A DNA stretch of 64,000 nt from Octopus bimaculoides (GCF_001194135.2 NC_068981.1:178136379-178200378); one strand, 5' to 3'. Shown: positions 26,486 to 41,067, numbered from the stretch's first letter. Program-made: numbers and translations. The notes: generated by a model from the letters alone, not told the origin.

Positions 26486-27738
26486 CGCGCGCGTGTGTGT
26501 GTGTGAGAGAGAGAGAGAGGTGGGAGCACATGCACACTCATGTGCAAAAGATTTACAGGATGTTTATGTGTTTACAGCTATATGCATTTATGTATATGTG
26601 TAAATGTGCATTTATGTTTATATACCTATATATAAACTGAATGAGAAGTGAAAGGAAAGGAGAATACTGCAAACAGAAATGTGTGAAGGAAACAAACAGC
26701 TCACTGCAAGATTTGAGAACTTTACTGTTTACATCAACAAGTCTCTAAATTAACAAACAAAAAGAGAAAAACCTACTGATTCAATGTTATCCATGATCAA
26801 TCAAGATGCTTGAGGAAACCAAACAAGGCCAGATTTTGGACACTGGATGTCCTATTATATTGCATTTTCAATTACCATTTGCCAACAGATGGGAAGTATC
26901 AATTGAGATGAAAATACACAAAATAGATTACCTCTCTCCATAAATATCAACAGACTATAGAAAAACATTTGATAACCAGATACTATCTTTCCATGGAAAA
27001 GGAATAATGAATTTAGAAAGTACTAACTATGACTTTGTGACAGACTACCCAAAATTTACAGGAACTGCTATAGGCAAACACTCACAGGTAAACTCAGCAG
27101 TAAGTTAAAAGCTTTGTTATTATATTGCATGATATAAGATTAACTCTAAGTTTACACTAAAACCAAAAACTGTGAGTTTAATGCTACCAAGATCATAAAT
27201 GTTCTTCCTTAGAATGATCTAGAGTCATTCAAGGGAGAGGGAAATTTAGCCTGTAAATAAGTAGCACATCCACAATGGTGCTATAGTTGAATGAGCTACA
27301 AAGTGAGTACTGTGCAAACATGAAATTTAAAACAGATTTGATATAACCAGTGAAACTCTTCTGAAAATTGTTGCAAAACTACTGAATGGAAATTCATCTG
27401 GGAGAGCCCTGGTAGTTCAGATATTGATGTAAGCTCACATACAGTATATTATATTTATGCATATACATATATAATGGATGTTCATCAGTTTCAATGATTA
27501 ACATTCAATTGTTCATCCAAGTGGACAGCCTGCTCACTGAACAAGTGCACAAGCAGCTAATCATTCATTGACACATAGGACTTTAGCAAAATTCCCAGGC
27601 AGAACCAGCAAAACTCAATGTAACAAGGGTTTAAGTTTCCCCCTCTACACAATTTGACTCAAACACATGCTAAAAATGCCTTACAGTGATATTGAAGGTG
27701 GGGCTTTGGGATTGCGAAGGAGACTTCTTAACCATTTA

Positions 27739-27815
<77 letters not shown>

Positions 27816-28417
27816 ACGCGCGCATATATTTATGTATACATGCATGTCTGTGTATGTATATATCTTTCTTTATATTCATCTATCTATCTAAACACACATA
27901 GAGACACACAGACAGACGCAAGCACACACGCATGTATACATGCATTTTATGTATAAAAGCTTTTGACTTTTTCTATCCAAAAGTGTTTTTTAACCTAATA
28001 TTTACCTGTTATTACTTAAAGCTTTATCTACTTCATGTTCTACTGTTAAAAAAGAATCCATGTTCTCTTGCAGTTTCTAAACTCCTCCAAAAATTCCAGC
28101 CCACTATTTGGAAATTGTTTTAAATCTTGGGAAAGCAACAATCAAGAAACAATGCAATAATCAAAATAGTACACCACACACAGATGTAGAAAATCTACAT
28201 TACAAAAAGTAATATAAAGACAAAGCAGTAAGAATTTAACAGACTGTCAATGAATATCAAGATCATGAAATATTGGGTTATCTAAGAGGAACTGCTCGCA
28301 GTTTCTCTTTTTAGAATGTTTCCTTCCTACAATTTAAAATAGTGTTTATCTTTTTTACTGTATTTCCTAAATTTTATTTTCAAAAATGATTTTGAATTAT
28401 TTATTCACACGCGTACA

Positions 28418-28448
<31 letters not shown>

Positions 28449-28879
28449 TTATATGTATATGTTGATATATGTGTGTGTATATATATACATATGTATATAT
28501 GCATGTAATATGAAGTAAATTTAATATTAATAATTTTTTGTATTGGAATTCCTTTTTCATTGTTAATGAAATGTGACATATTTACATTCAGAATAAAAAT
28601 TTTAAATGATGTATAATTATGTATTTTACTCAGTGGATAAAAATCATCATGACACAGTTATTAATGATATATTTGGTATAAAGATGAATTTGCAGACAAT
28701 ATATTGACTCATGATGTGATGAAATTCAAATTTAATGAAATTACAGGTGATGTATTTAACATGATGTTTTTATCCATGATGAATTTACCTAACACTCTAA
28801 ACATTTCAATGCATATATATCAATATAAGCAAAAACACAAGGAGTGTAACATTTAAAGAAATAGTGTACACAATTGCAT

Positions 28880-29050
28880 AAAGAAGTGCCAATCACTTAA
28901 AGTGGATGGAACTTGAGGAACAGGGGAGACCCAGAAAGAGTTGGGACAAAGTCTTGAAGGTTAATCTGAAGGCAAGTCTCACGAAAGAGATGACAAAGAA
29001 CTGAGATATTTGTTGCCTTGCTGTATGCAAGGAGACCCATCTACCACAGC
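28880..29050 (+). mobile_element. RTE LINE 3' coding end fragment
   Basis: Degenerate KKCQSLKVDGT..G(R)GRP(R)KSWDKVL...LTKEMTK..D, matching the RTE C-terminal GRGRPRKTW motif; directly followed by a SINE body. Confidence 0.65.
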
Positions 29051-29339
29051 AGAATTGATACCAGTACTGATATTACATGAAAAGCACTCATGCTGGTGTC
29101 ACATGAAAAACACCCAGTACATTCTGTGGAGTGGTTCGTATTAGGAAGGGCATCCAGCCATAGAAATCATGCCAGAACAGACAATGGAGCCTGGTGTGGC
29201 CCCTGGCTTTGCCAGCTCCAGTCAAACCGTCCAACCCATGCCGCTATAGCTCACACTTAACTAAATGCAAAAAGACAACAAACATGATGGAAAAATGAGC
29301 TATGACAACCCATGTTCAATTAAAGTAAATAAGGTGCAG

Positions 29340-29705
29340 ACATGGCCATGCAGTTAAGAAATTTTGCAAACCACATGAACTCATGTTCAGTCCTACTGCA
29401 TGGCATGTTTGGCAAGTGTTTTCTACTATAGCCCAGCATCCAACCAATCCTCTCTCTCTCTCTCTCTCTCTCTGTGTGCGCGCGCACGTGCATGCATGCA
29501 TCCATTTGCTCTATCATTGCTTGATAAGATGTTGGTTTATTTACACTCCCATAACTTAGTGGTTTGGCAAAAAGGTCCAATAGAATAAGTACCAGACTGT
29601 AAAAAAAAAATAAACACTAGGGTTGATTTGTTTGACTAAGCCTTTCAAGGTGACAATCCAGCATGGCTGCAGTCCAATAACTTAAACAAGCGAAAGATAA
29701 AAGAC
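29340..29705 (+). mobile_element. Degenerate SINE family A copy
   Basis: GGCAAGTGTTTTCTACTATAGCC core and CCAGCATGGCTGCAGTC tail are recognisable. Confidence 0.7.
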
Positions 29706-30354
29706 GAAGAAATGTTTGTTTTTATAAAAAGAACAGTCAAGAGATGGCATAATAAGCGTAATAAGATAAAATTCAATAGCTGCATGGAGCCAGGTAAGTT
29801 AAATAGATGACCAGTATGTAGCAATATCATCAGTGAAGTCAGAATGACGACAACTCAAATTGTCTATTTGACCAAATTTTTGATGTTGTATCACCTTGTT
29901 ATAAAATATCATAGCCTCATAGCAAAAGCTTCTGTGATGCTTAATAGGTAAGATGTAAATTTGAGTTGCAGCCAACTCCCAACCTCATTAATTATATCTC
30001 ATAACAATTATTCATTAATATAGACATTATTAATAAATGTAAGTGAATAATTGTCATCACATATAACAGAGTGCACAATCAGAAGTAAAAAATACAAAAA
30101 AAAACAAGAGGTATATACTATTAATGGGATTTCAAGACACAACTCACATCTCAATGCAAATGTCAAAGGACAGAATGCACGCCATTAGAAAAAGACAGCT
30201 CACACTTAACAAACTTGAGATATTCTAAAGATTTTACATCTTAAAAGATGAAAATTAATTTACAATAACCACTTAATGCAATCATAAGTCTGTAGTCTAC
30301 CCAAGTGCATGTGTGTGTGCGCGCGCGTGCATGTGTGAATGCGTGCATGGTATT

Positions 30355-30900
30355 TAGGCAGTGTGTTACATATCCCAGGGCCCCGTTAATTACAGGTATA
30401 AACCTAAACTTGTGATCTGTATAGAGTAACTACAGATTTCTCAACAGTTCAGTGTGGGTATTCTCTTTTTTACTGATCTTCAGCTTTATGTTAACATCCG
30501 CTGGGCAGCTAATTTCTACAATTGTGCACAGTGTCTCTTCTCTGTCCCAAATCATTATATCAGGTCTGTTTTGTTTACATTTTATTGCAGTCTTCACTGA
30601 GACATTCCACCAGTACTCCTTTTTATTATGAGTGGCTATGGCTTCTACCATATTGTGGGTTCTTATTTCTGAGTATCCTAGCTACATCATGTTTCATCCG
30701 TAGATAATACTGTGATGACATTTTTGGACAACTGCTTCAGTGTGATCTCCAAGAGAAATGAATTTTGTAGCTATGGTTTCTTCTATAACTACAGCTAAAA
30801 AGAATTTGTTTACCTGTTGAGCTGTTGTTTTCCTTCTGTTCCTCAGTTGCATTGTTGTTGATGTTGTGTCCAGCCTTGTTGTTTGTAGTAACTCTGTGCA
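30355..30900 (-). mobile_element. R4/Dong-like non-LTR retrotransposon remnant (zinc-knuckle remnant plus restriction-like endonuclease)
   Basis: Minus strand reads VIEETIATKF / SSCPKMSSQYYLRMKHDVARIL / YWWNVSVKTAIKCKQNRPDIMIWDREETLCTIVEISCPADVNIKLKISKKEN...ELLRNL / HKFRFIPVI.GALGYV. RPD...E...K is the PD-(D/E)xK RLE signature of R2/R4/NeSL-type elements. Confidence 0.8.
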
Positions 30901-31129
30901 TGCTAAGTTTCAGTTAAAAATCACTACAATCGTAAATAAAAGGCTCCCTCAAGGGAATTCATCTGAAGATTAACCAGTTATTTAACAAGGCTGATAGTTG
31001 TGGTTCCAAACTTGGAGATAGTAGTCAGTGTATTTTCAATAAATAGTCCCCCATGCCAAATATGCAACTTGTGACTTGTACATATGTATATATATATATA
31101 TATATGTATGTGTATATATGTACCAGATG

Positions 31130-31169
<40 letters not shown>

Positions 31170-31170
<1 letters not shown>

Positions 31171-33415
31171 GGCACCAGCAGTAGTGAGACAAGGCTCCTC
31201 AAATAAAGGAGATACATGGCTACCTCTGTAGCAGAGCAGGAGAAGTAGGGTCTCAAAGATGTGAAGAGAGAGTAGGAGTGGTGAACTCAGGTGGGGGGAT
31301 AGAGAGTTGTTAGGGAGATGGGTAATGGGAAGAGATTTGTCATGAACAGGTTATATGCAGGGGCATGGACATAATGGCATGTCTTTATGGCCTTGATTTT
31401 ACTTAGCTGGATGGGTTTTCTCAAGCACAGCAAATAGCCAATCATCTCAGTCCTTTGTCATCTCTGTGATGCTCAACATCTTAAGATCATATTTTACTAC
31501 TTTGTCCCCACATCTTTCTGGGTGTTCCTCTTCCACAGGTTCCCTCCACATTTAGAGATTAGCACTTTTTTTTAGGCAGCTGCCTCCATTTATATGCATC
31601 CCATGACCATACTAGCACAGCCTTCTCTTTTGCACACTGAACCTGATGCCTCTTATACACAATTTTTCTGTCAAAACATTTACACTTTGTTATACATGCA
31701 CACTGATATTGCACATCTAACAGAGCATGCTGACCCCATTTCTTTCAAGCTTTCATATGCCCTCTGTTATTACAGCCCACATTTCACTACCATGAAGCAT
31801 AGACATTTGTACACAAGCATTGTACAATCTGCCTTTCGCTCTGAGGGCGAGGCACTTTGTTATCAATAAAGGTAATAGCTCATTGAACTTAGCTCAGCTG
31901 GTTAGCAACTATGCTTTCAGAGCATCCTCCTCCACTGCTAATTTGATCACCTTGGTAATGGAAACTATTTACTACTTCTAAGGATCCCACTGGATATTAG
32001 AGGAAATCTATTTTCTGTGAGAACTTAGTGTTTATTGTTCTTGCACATTTGCCATACACAAAGACTATTTTTCTGTTAACCTTCCTGTGATTCCATTGAA
32101 CTTTTTGTGTCCATAATGAGTCCACCATATATAATTTCTACCGATACCCTTTCTATATATCAAGCAAGGCTATTTCTCTGAAGGGATTAGTATTTTGTCT
32201 GCTTTCCTGCTTACTAGTACTTTGGTCTATTTTATTCCAGGCCTTACTTCCACACCTGAAATTTCTTCTCTAATTCTACTAAAGATTCAGATATAAGAAC
32301 AAGGTCATAAGCATAGAAAAACTCGTATGGACAGCTAGTTTTAAATTTCTCAGTTATAGCCTGGAGGACTATGATAAACAAGAGGGAGCTGACAACTGAG
32401 CCTTGGTGAACTTCTACCTGCACACTAAATTTGATGCTATACTCATTGCTGACTTTAACCTTACCAACAGCATCCTTGCACATGTCTTGGATGGCTCTCA
32501 CCAGTCACTCCTCTCTCCCTAGTTTCCACAGCAAACATCAGATAAGGGAGAGAGAGGGACCTTGTCAAGGCAGTATACCACTTAGCCAAATATTCTGAGC
32601 ATCTTGGCAGTAATTCCTGATGGGCCAGAGGTTTTCTCTGTCTTCATATCCTTAATTGACTTATCTATCATGTAGTTGTCAACTCAGATAGCTGATCCCA
32701 TTGTTGGATCCATATTAGGAAGATTCTCCTTTTCCCATGCATTCACCACATTTAGCAGCCTTTCATAGTAACATTTCCATGCCTCTTTCTTTTCAAAGTC
32801 ACCAAAGGCAAGTATACCATCATCCATTCAAACAAACTTCTCTCCTACATCATGATTTTCTCTGACATATTGTCTTGCAATCTAGAACACCTGATGCCTC
32901 TTGGACCTCATACCACAGAACATTAGTAAATGTCTTTCTGCTTTTTCTCCAGCTAAATATATCTGTCACCCAGATTCTCTTCTAGCTACCTGGTACAGTT
33001 CTCTGCTACCCCTACTCTTCCAGTCTATCCACTTCTCTGTTCTTATGGCACTGTCTATACTTCACTGTTCCACAACCATGTCACCCTAGGTCTGCTAGAA
33101 TTTCATACCACCCACAAACTTTATCAGTGGATCTTAGTAGGTTATCCTGAAGGAACCTCCACTTGTCCTCTACATTATACATCTCTATTTCCTCATCATC
33201 AAATGCTTTAATTAGGAGTCCCTAAATCTGACTAAGCTTTCTTTTCCAAACTGCTTTACTTCTTGAAGTCCTTCTAGTCAAAAGTTTGAAGTTGCTAATG
33301 ACTAACCTATGCTAAGGAGTACATTCTTCACCAGGGAAGGTCTTTGCATTTAAGAGCAACCATCTATCCCACTTTCTGGCAGCAACATAGTCAATCTGGT
33401 GAGACATATTTATTC
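31170..33415 (-). mobile_element. RTE-clade LINE, 5'-truncated and internally deleted (APE endonuclease end, RT, C-terminus, putative 3' UTR)
   Basis: QIDYVAARKWDRWLLLNAKTFPGEECTP*HRLVISNF (end of the APE endonuclease, about 33410-33290), KTSGPSGITAKML (about 32640), VHQGSVVSSLLFIIVLQAITEKFKTSCPYEFFYAYDLVLISESL (RT, YADD-like, ORF 32244-32501), and a GRG.PRK.WD-type C-terminus near 31500-31540. Confidence 0.88.
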
Positions 33416-33469
33416 ATATATAATTCCATGAAATGACAACCTGTGCAAAAAAAAAAAAATCCTCTTAAG

Positions 33470-33685
33470 CAATGTTCCCTCTAAGCTGTTTGCTTATGCA
33501 CAAGTGTTTTGTAACCACTGCATAAAAGAAATTAATTTATGCATTGAAAGGTTAGCTTACTAAAATAATAATTAATAATTATACCTATCATATATTCAGT
33601 ATGTATATACATTTGCTATAGGTAAAAAAAAATTGCTCAAATTATGATTTTTGTGACAATGACTACTAAAAATTAGAGAATATTG
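33470..33685. mobile_element. Short MITE, hAT-like termini
   Basis: Imperfect terminal inverted repeats CAATGTTCCCTCTAA (33470) and TTAGAGAATATTG (33673-33685) around an AT-rich non-coding core. The TSD is not clean. Confidence 0.45.
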
Positions 33686-33988
33686 CTCTCTTGTATAATA
33701 TACACAAAGTTTTCTTTAGTATGATGTTTAGGGGAAAAAAAGAAAGTATTTAGTCAGATTTATTATAATTGCTGTATAAAACAGTTTGGTAATATTGAGA
33801 TATCCTAAATGAAACCAAAACACTTCAAGTGACCTTTGACCTTTACCAGTGTAGGCTATAAAAGTACACCTGCTGTAAAGTCAACATTATTATAGAAATC
33901 ACTTTTTCTCTTTCTTTTTTTTTAAGTGCATACTATACTGAAAATACTGGATTATATATTATAGAATATATTATAACACACACACACA

Positions 33989-34027
<39 letters not shown>

Positions 34028-34349
34028 ACTCACACACACACCAGTATCATGAGTTTTAAAATTTGTAGAATAATAACATGTTTGCAATATGAATCTGATA
34101 CAGCTGACTAAAAGTTAAATATTAGAGATTGAAATATCCTGCAGATAATCTGAATATACGAACTTGAGCCTAAAGCTTTGAACATTTCAAATTAAGCAAG
34201 AAAAGAAGAAGAAAAACTATCATGAAAGTTTATTACAAAGTATTCAAAATGCATTTTTGAGGATAATGCAGTAAAGATGCTTTCTAAAAGAATTGTATTT
34301 CTTAAAACTTTAAAAGCACAAGCCAGAGGATTTTTAATCTAATAGTTTG

Positions 34350-34406
<57 letters not shown>

Positions 34407-36499
34407 CGTGCATGTGTGTTATGCGGAACGTTCTGTTTTTAGCCACTCAAAAATAGTAGGTTTTTTTTAAATAACAGCAAACAAATATAAAAATGTTAGA
34501 ATGATGCCTGAGAAGTTACTTTTGAAAATTCACAAATGAAACAGCAGGGAAAAATGTTGAAGAAATGAAGTGAATAATTTCCAGTAAGCAAATTCAATCT
34601 ATGATGGATAAAATTTTTAAAAACTACAAGGAAAAGAAAATACAATTAGATCAGAAACAGATAATAACCATATTTTAATGGTAATGATGCTTATCCACTG
34701 TTGAGATTTATACATTAATACTAATAATGTCTAAGCTTGTTAACATGAAATAAATAATATTTTGAAAACAGGAATATAAAATGAAAGGATGACCCAATAA
34801 TATATTAATTTAGTTGATGGTAGCATAGAGAGAGACAACAAAAATAAGATGATATAGTATAATGTGTCTGTTACTGAACAAGACATTTCACTGTAGTGAA
34901 TATAAATCTCATAGTTGCAAGTTGAGATGTAGTGATGTTGACTGAGACTTCCATCACATTAAAATGAATTAAGCAGCTCTAGTTCCTTGGTACAAAAAAG
35001 GGTGAAAAATAAATCCTAACTCCTGAGAGAAAAGTTGTCTATCACAAGTAACAATGGATCTCCAGCAGTTTTGATGATGTGGATTCAGTTGGCTGATCAA
35101 CCCAATTACTTTTTCACTGAATTGGCATGAACATAGCTGAGCATACCACAGATACATGTACTCTTCATGTAATTCTCAGATGAACCAGCACGATAACAAA
35201 GTTGTACTTTTGATTATGGGTACAAGCTTTCCAATGAGATTATAGGCACAAGTTTTCTAATGAGATTCTGCCTAATTTCACTCACAAGGCTTGAGTCGAC
35301 TTGAGTCAATGTAAAAGACATTTGCCCAAGAGACCATGCAGTGGAATCAAACCCAGGACTTTGTGGTTATGAAGCAAATGTCTTAACTATTCAGTTATGC
35401 TGCAAACTATAACAAGAAACTGCTAGGTAAACAGATGCAATACATAAAAATATTCTGGTTACAAACATGATGAAATATCTACAATGAATCTGAATACATA
35501 AATTATGAGCCAGCTGATAGTCCAAACCATATACATTAGATCATTCCACTCCAACATGAATCCCTTTGGAAGTTAATAAAATTAGAATCAAGTTAATTAA
35601 CAAGTAACTAATTTCCTATGCTAGTAATACTTTAGTTATCCAACCCCCAAAAATCTACTTGTATCTGGCTTTTATTAACACTGGTCCTCACAAAGTATTG
35701 CATTAGTTTTGTACAATACATGCCGCATTATATAATCTCTTGTTTATCTATAATTGATGACAAGAATCATACAGTTATTTTGTTTCACTTCTTAGGTGAA
35801 TATATTTGTTAATTTAGTAAAATACTGGTTCAAAAAGAGAATTGGGAAACTCTGGCATTTGTGCTTTTCGCAAGAGCATTAGAGTCATGAGAAGCTGTTC
35901 AAACTAGATCGGTTTACAAGCAATGAGAATAATACACAAGATCTACAGGTACCTACTGTCCACAGTGATCAGGAATCTTCTCTACTACAGCTTTAAAATA
36001 ATCCAATAAGGATATGATGCAATTAATTGCTGTTTAGTCCTTGTCAGCCCTGATCAAAGAGACCTATGCCTATGGCATTCCAGACACGGTCATCCCATTT
36101 TATTTTTAGATATTGTGCAGAAACCAGGAAATTATATGACTTGGGAAAGAGCATTATTCTTTTTCCTTCTTTTTTTTTTAAGATAGTAGTATGTGGTTTG
36201 AAGAAAATGAAGAAAATCTGATTGCTATTATAGCAGGTCAAAAGAAGCATATCGAGTTTCAGAGTATTTGAATATAGTACTACAGACTGAGAGGCTCTCT
36301 CATCAATTGCAATCTAAGAGTATTCTAGTTGTTCAGTCAACAAAACTAACAGTTCATTGAATTGTGGTGTTAAATGACTGAGTGTTCTACAGATTCCTAA
36401 TGTAAAAACTTTCAGGTAGAATCTACAATGTCCTTAAATTACCATTACAATTTGAAAAATTCAGGTAAAAAAAAAATGAAAAATAAGGATAACTCAGCA

Positions 36500-36760
36500 G
36501 AGTTTATTGACAAACAAATAGAGTTTTATTACAAACATCATAACTCTTCCACATGGTCTCCATTGGATGCATGCAACGCATTCAGATGATACAGAAAAGA
36601 GTGGAAGTTGAGAAGATAATTTATGAAGACCTGTGTGACAAAACTAAGCCTTCAATTCCATGACACAGTCCATCTAAGAAGTTTCCAAAGGAGTTTCTGC
36701 TTAATCTGCATTAGTCTGAAGTCATTTCATAGAAATCACTACAGACCAATGACCCCCACC
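36500..36760 (-). mobile_element. Possible mariner 3' end remnant
   Basis: Minus strand gives ...ASNGDHVEEL*, resembling the mariner C-terminal GDY(V/F)E motif; otherwise heavily degraded. Confidence 0.3.
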
Positions 36761-37581
36761 CCATTATAATTAAACAATATAACTGATGATAATAAAACAG
36801 AGAGTCACAGTTCCTCTTCTAAAACTTAATTTCTGCTAGATTGGTAAACTGCTTTAAATTATGGAGATGTATGTCAGAATACAAACAGAATACAAACTTT
36901 TAACCTTTCACACAGAAGTTAATATATTAACTACTGATTCCATGTAATTTCCTGTTAGTTAAACCTCGCCAGGAGATTGTTGAATTAAATATATTGAGAT
37001 GGAAATTACCAACATTATATTTAACATAAATACAAGTTGAATCAAATATTTACCAAGCATCAATCCAAAATAAATAGTTAAACTAGAATAAATTAACTGT
37101 CAAAATATTAATGAATATACAAACAAAGTGCCTTTAAGCTTATTTAAATAATAATTTAATACACACTTCATTATATAAAATCTTTCAAGAAACAGTATGA
37201 ATGTGAAAGAAAAACAAAAACATAACTGAATATGAGTTGAAGAAAGCTGAAGGGAAAAGCAATGTGAGAAAGCCCTTGATAACAACAACGTAACATTGGA
37301 GGTAGAAAAGAAGAGGAATAAGAGGGCAATTCAGATGTTTTGCAGATATTATTAAATCTTTATAGATGTGAAAATATTTTTAGCAAATCAGTTAGGATTT
37401 ACCAACAAAAAATTAAAGCTGGTACAGAAGATTGTGTTATTACTAATCCATCTTCACCACTTACAAAAATAAACAAGTATAAAAATGCAAAAGAAATGTA
37501 AAAACCACCCACCTCTGCAAATTAGCGTTATGGTGTGAGCATGCACACATATGCGCACGCGCACGCGCACANNNNNNNNNN

Positions 37582-37634
<53 letters not shown>

Positions 37635-38175
37635 TATTAAATAAACATAATATTTTTTCTATCAATTAGCAAAAATAAATTGAAGCAACTTTCCAATTCA
37701 AACTTCTAAAATTAGCATTATATTTAATTCACATATAAAAATATAAAAAAATAAACATCTAATTTGTTTTTCTATATCCTACTAAAGATGCCTCCTCAGA
37801 TTATTTTTATTGGGTAATTAATAAATTATTGAAATTAAGAATAAACATGTCTAATAAAATGGTCAGATTAATCTAGTACAGCTTACTAGCTTCAGTGATA
37901 ACCATCAAGGTTAATAAAGAGGCTTCAGAGTTGAGTGTGTTAAGTTGAGGATTAGAAGCTGTAGCTTAATTTCAATTCTCAGAATAGCTTTTCTTGGGTA
38001 AGGAGTATATTCTTTTACACTTTTTACTAGTTTCAGTTACTGGTCTACAACCATGCTGAAGTACTGCTGTTACTTACTTAAGTCAGCTACATATTTTATT
38101 AACATCTGTTTGTCAAACCTCTGGACTATAGGACATAAATGAACACATCATAAACACCAGATTTTAGATTGGTGT

Positions 38176-38206
<31 letters not shown>

Positions 38207-39788
38207 TTTATTGGAACAATAATTTGCAAGTTTACATTATCTCTTTCGATCAGCTTGATCTATTCAGAACTAATCAGATTAATTCTGAAATGATCAAGTT
38301 GATTGAAACAGATTTACAAACTTGTAAACTATTCTTTAAATAAACTAATATATTTAAATCTACTTCTTAAAGTATTGAGTACTTTACTTGGTGAATGTCC
38401 TTGCTCTCACAAACAACCACATACTATTTATATATATTAAAGTTTGTATAGCACAGACATGGTTGTGTTGTTAGGAAGTTTGCTTCTCAACTATGTGCTT
38501 TCAGTAATTAAAACTTTTAGATAAAATTTAACAGCAAATAAATTGCACTCAAGTTATAAATTAATGCCTGAATCGGAGACTAAAATGCCTGCTTTGGCAT
38601 CATTATCTATGCTACATTGACTTCCCTTAGCTCTTTCATTAATGATGCTTAAATTAAATCTAATAACAAAAGTTCCCATCCAGTATGTTGCAAAATAGCC
38701 ATTAACCAGAGAAAACCTCATTGTAAGAGTTAAATAATAATAATTTTTTTAATCATAATACACTGAAAAAATTCAACTTATGTGTTTTTGTACAAATGTG
38801 ATGAAGCCTTGTACAAGATATGATGTAACTATCAAAGGTGGATTTAGTTGTATATCCAATTTTAAGAGACAGCAGAACTCATGTTCCTAACACCATTGCT
38901 TGATGAAATGGAAAGTATGGCTTCTTCCATAATGCACAATTTTAATTGATACCCAACTAGTTCTTCATTTTTCTTTTCACATCACTGTCCAACATCTACA
39001 GTATTACTGATTCTCTTAGCAGTATGATTTATATTAAAACAACTAATCTCTTTTCCTCGCCTTAAATCCAATTAACTTTTCTTTCTCTCATCTATCCACA
39101 TCTTGAAAGGATATCAACACCAAAATTCTGCTTTCACTTTTAATTTTTGTCATTTCCTTATTCTTTAAACCTTTGCGTACTGAAATAATTTTTGTATTTG
39201 ATTTTCAATATCATTATGATATTCAATTTTTTTTCTGAAAGTATAATTTCATTTGTACTTTGTCAAGGGATGGGGGAGACTTACTCAAAACTGGCAAGAC
39301 TGTAAAAACCACAAACTATTTACCATTAAGCAAAAAAAAATTTGTTAAATAAAAAAAAAGTCTAAGTAAACTCAAATAATTTATTTAAAAACTTCTTTTA
39401 ATTAACTTCTAATATTTACTTGGAATATTGACAAATGCCCAAAAGAAATAATTTTTGCACTTGATTTTGAAAGACATAACAATGTAAGTCACAAAAAAAT
39501 ATATGTTTGTAAGTAAAGAGAATGCCTGTAATATTTGGTCTGATATTTTGCATTCTAAGTTCAAGTCCTGCTGAGATCAACTGTATCTTTCATCTTTCAG
39601 GGGTCAATACATAATGTACCAGTCTAGAGCAGTGGAGAGGCAGAAATGTTAGCATCACATGGGACACCCTGCAATATTTCTTGTGACTTTTTGTTTTCTG
39701 AATTCAAATCCTGCAGCGACTTACTTGGGTGGTAGACTTCAATTGTCACTCATTTTAATACTACCACCTGATCCTTAGGTTCCTTTAC

Positions 39789-39899
39789 CAGAGTCCAAGG
39801 ACACTGTCATCCATTCCTCCTTCTGAGCTAGCTGTTTTAGAGGCTCTACAAGGGGTCCTCAACACTGCCTTTCCTTCCTTCCCAAGAGATAAAAATAGC
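39789..39899 (-). CDS. Candidate 111-nt exon
   Basis: gaaatcttcag|GCTA...CTCTG|gtaaag; only one frame is open (LFLSLGKEGKAVLRTPCRASKTASSEGGMDDSVLGL). Locally GC-rich, so it could instead be a repeat remnant. Confidence 0.2.
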
Positions 39900-40071
39900 C
39901 TGAAGATTTCAACTAAACAGTCATAATATTTTCAACAAAATGTTAATATATAATTTCCACTGCTATTTTGTGTAATGACTGAATATAAGAATAGTTGAGA
40001 AAATGACAAAATGAAGATTAAAAGCAGTAATTTCTTAAAAAGAAATTAGTCCCATGTTGGTGTGTGATTAA

Positions 40072-41067
40072 CCCTTTTGTTACTATATTTCTGACCAAAA
40101 TACACCACTCATAAGTTTCAATTAAATTCTAAAATAATCATGAATTTAGACTAGTCTCATTAAACACCTGTAACTTTTTTATTTATCAACATATTAATGT
40201 GATATTTGGAACATAATTAAAGAAAGGGTTCTTAATCAATTCTATTGCATAATTTTTGTCTCAAAGTTCTCCACGTACTGGGGGGGGGGTGTACTGCTAG
40301 TGTCTCTCACATGTAAATATTGGTTCAGCTTCACGAATCGTACTCGTTCATGATACTGGAAATATATTCATCGCCAAAAGGTTCCTGATCGCTCCAGTAA
40401 TTTGTTATTCTGGGTAACTGTCTANNNNNNNNNNNNNNNNNNNNNNNNNNNNNNNNNNNNNNNNNNNNNNNNNNNNNNNNNNNNNNNNNNNNNNNNNNNN
40501 NNNNNNNNNNNNNNNNNNNNNNNNNNNNNNNNNNNNNNNNNNNNNNNNNNNNNNNNNNNNNNNNNNNNNNNNNNNNNNNNNNNNNNNNNNNNNNNNNNNN
40601 NNNNNNNNNNNNNNNNNNNNNNNNNNNNNNNNNNNNNNNNNNNNNNNNNNNNNNNNNNNNNNNNNNNNNNNNNNNNNNNNNNNNNNNNNNNNNNNNNNNN
40701 NNNNNNNNNNNNNNNNNNNNNNNNNNNNNNNNNNNNNNNNNNNNNCGATATCTCCATATCTTCTGTTGAAAAACCTTCAAATTCGGAATCACTGCTTGAT
40801 AGCATGAAACTCCTCTCCATCTTCAAAGTTGAAAAAAATTAAAGCCGCAAAAAAATGTGGAAAAAAATCTTCCAAAATTCACTGAGTTCAAATATCACGC
40901 CAAACAATGTGAGAGACAATAACTCAACAGTTTGCAAAGTGAAATCAGATGTTTTAACGAATGTACTAATGAGATTTGGGTTCAAATATACATTTACGCT
41001 CGGCCGGCTACGGCCGGGTTAGTCTTATGAACCAAAAAATTTTTCGGCCGGGTTAGTAATGAAAGGG
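40072..41067 (-). mobile_element. piggyBac element, internally deleted, flanked by TTAA at both ends
   Basis: TTAA (40068-40071)+CCCTTTTGTTACTA ... TAGTAATGAAAGGG+TTAA (41068-41071); 14-bp TIR, 12/14 identical. Subterminal direct repeat CGGCCGGGTTAGT at 41011 and 41045. Minus strand encodes acidic N-terminal MERSFMLSSSDSEFEGFSTEDME, then after the gap RQLPRITNYWSDQEPFGDEYISSIM/RVRFVKLNQYLHVRD (piggyBac YW...MSRNRF...LHF.D region). Confidence 0.85.
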
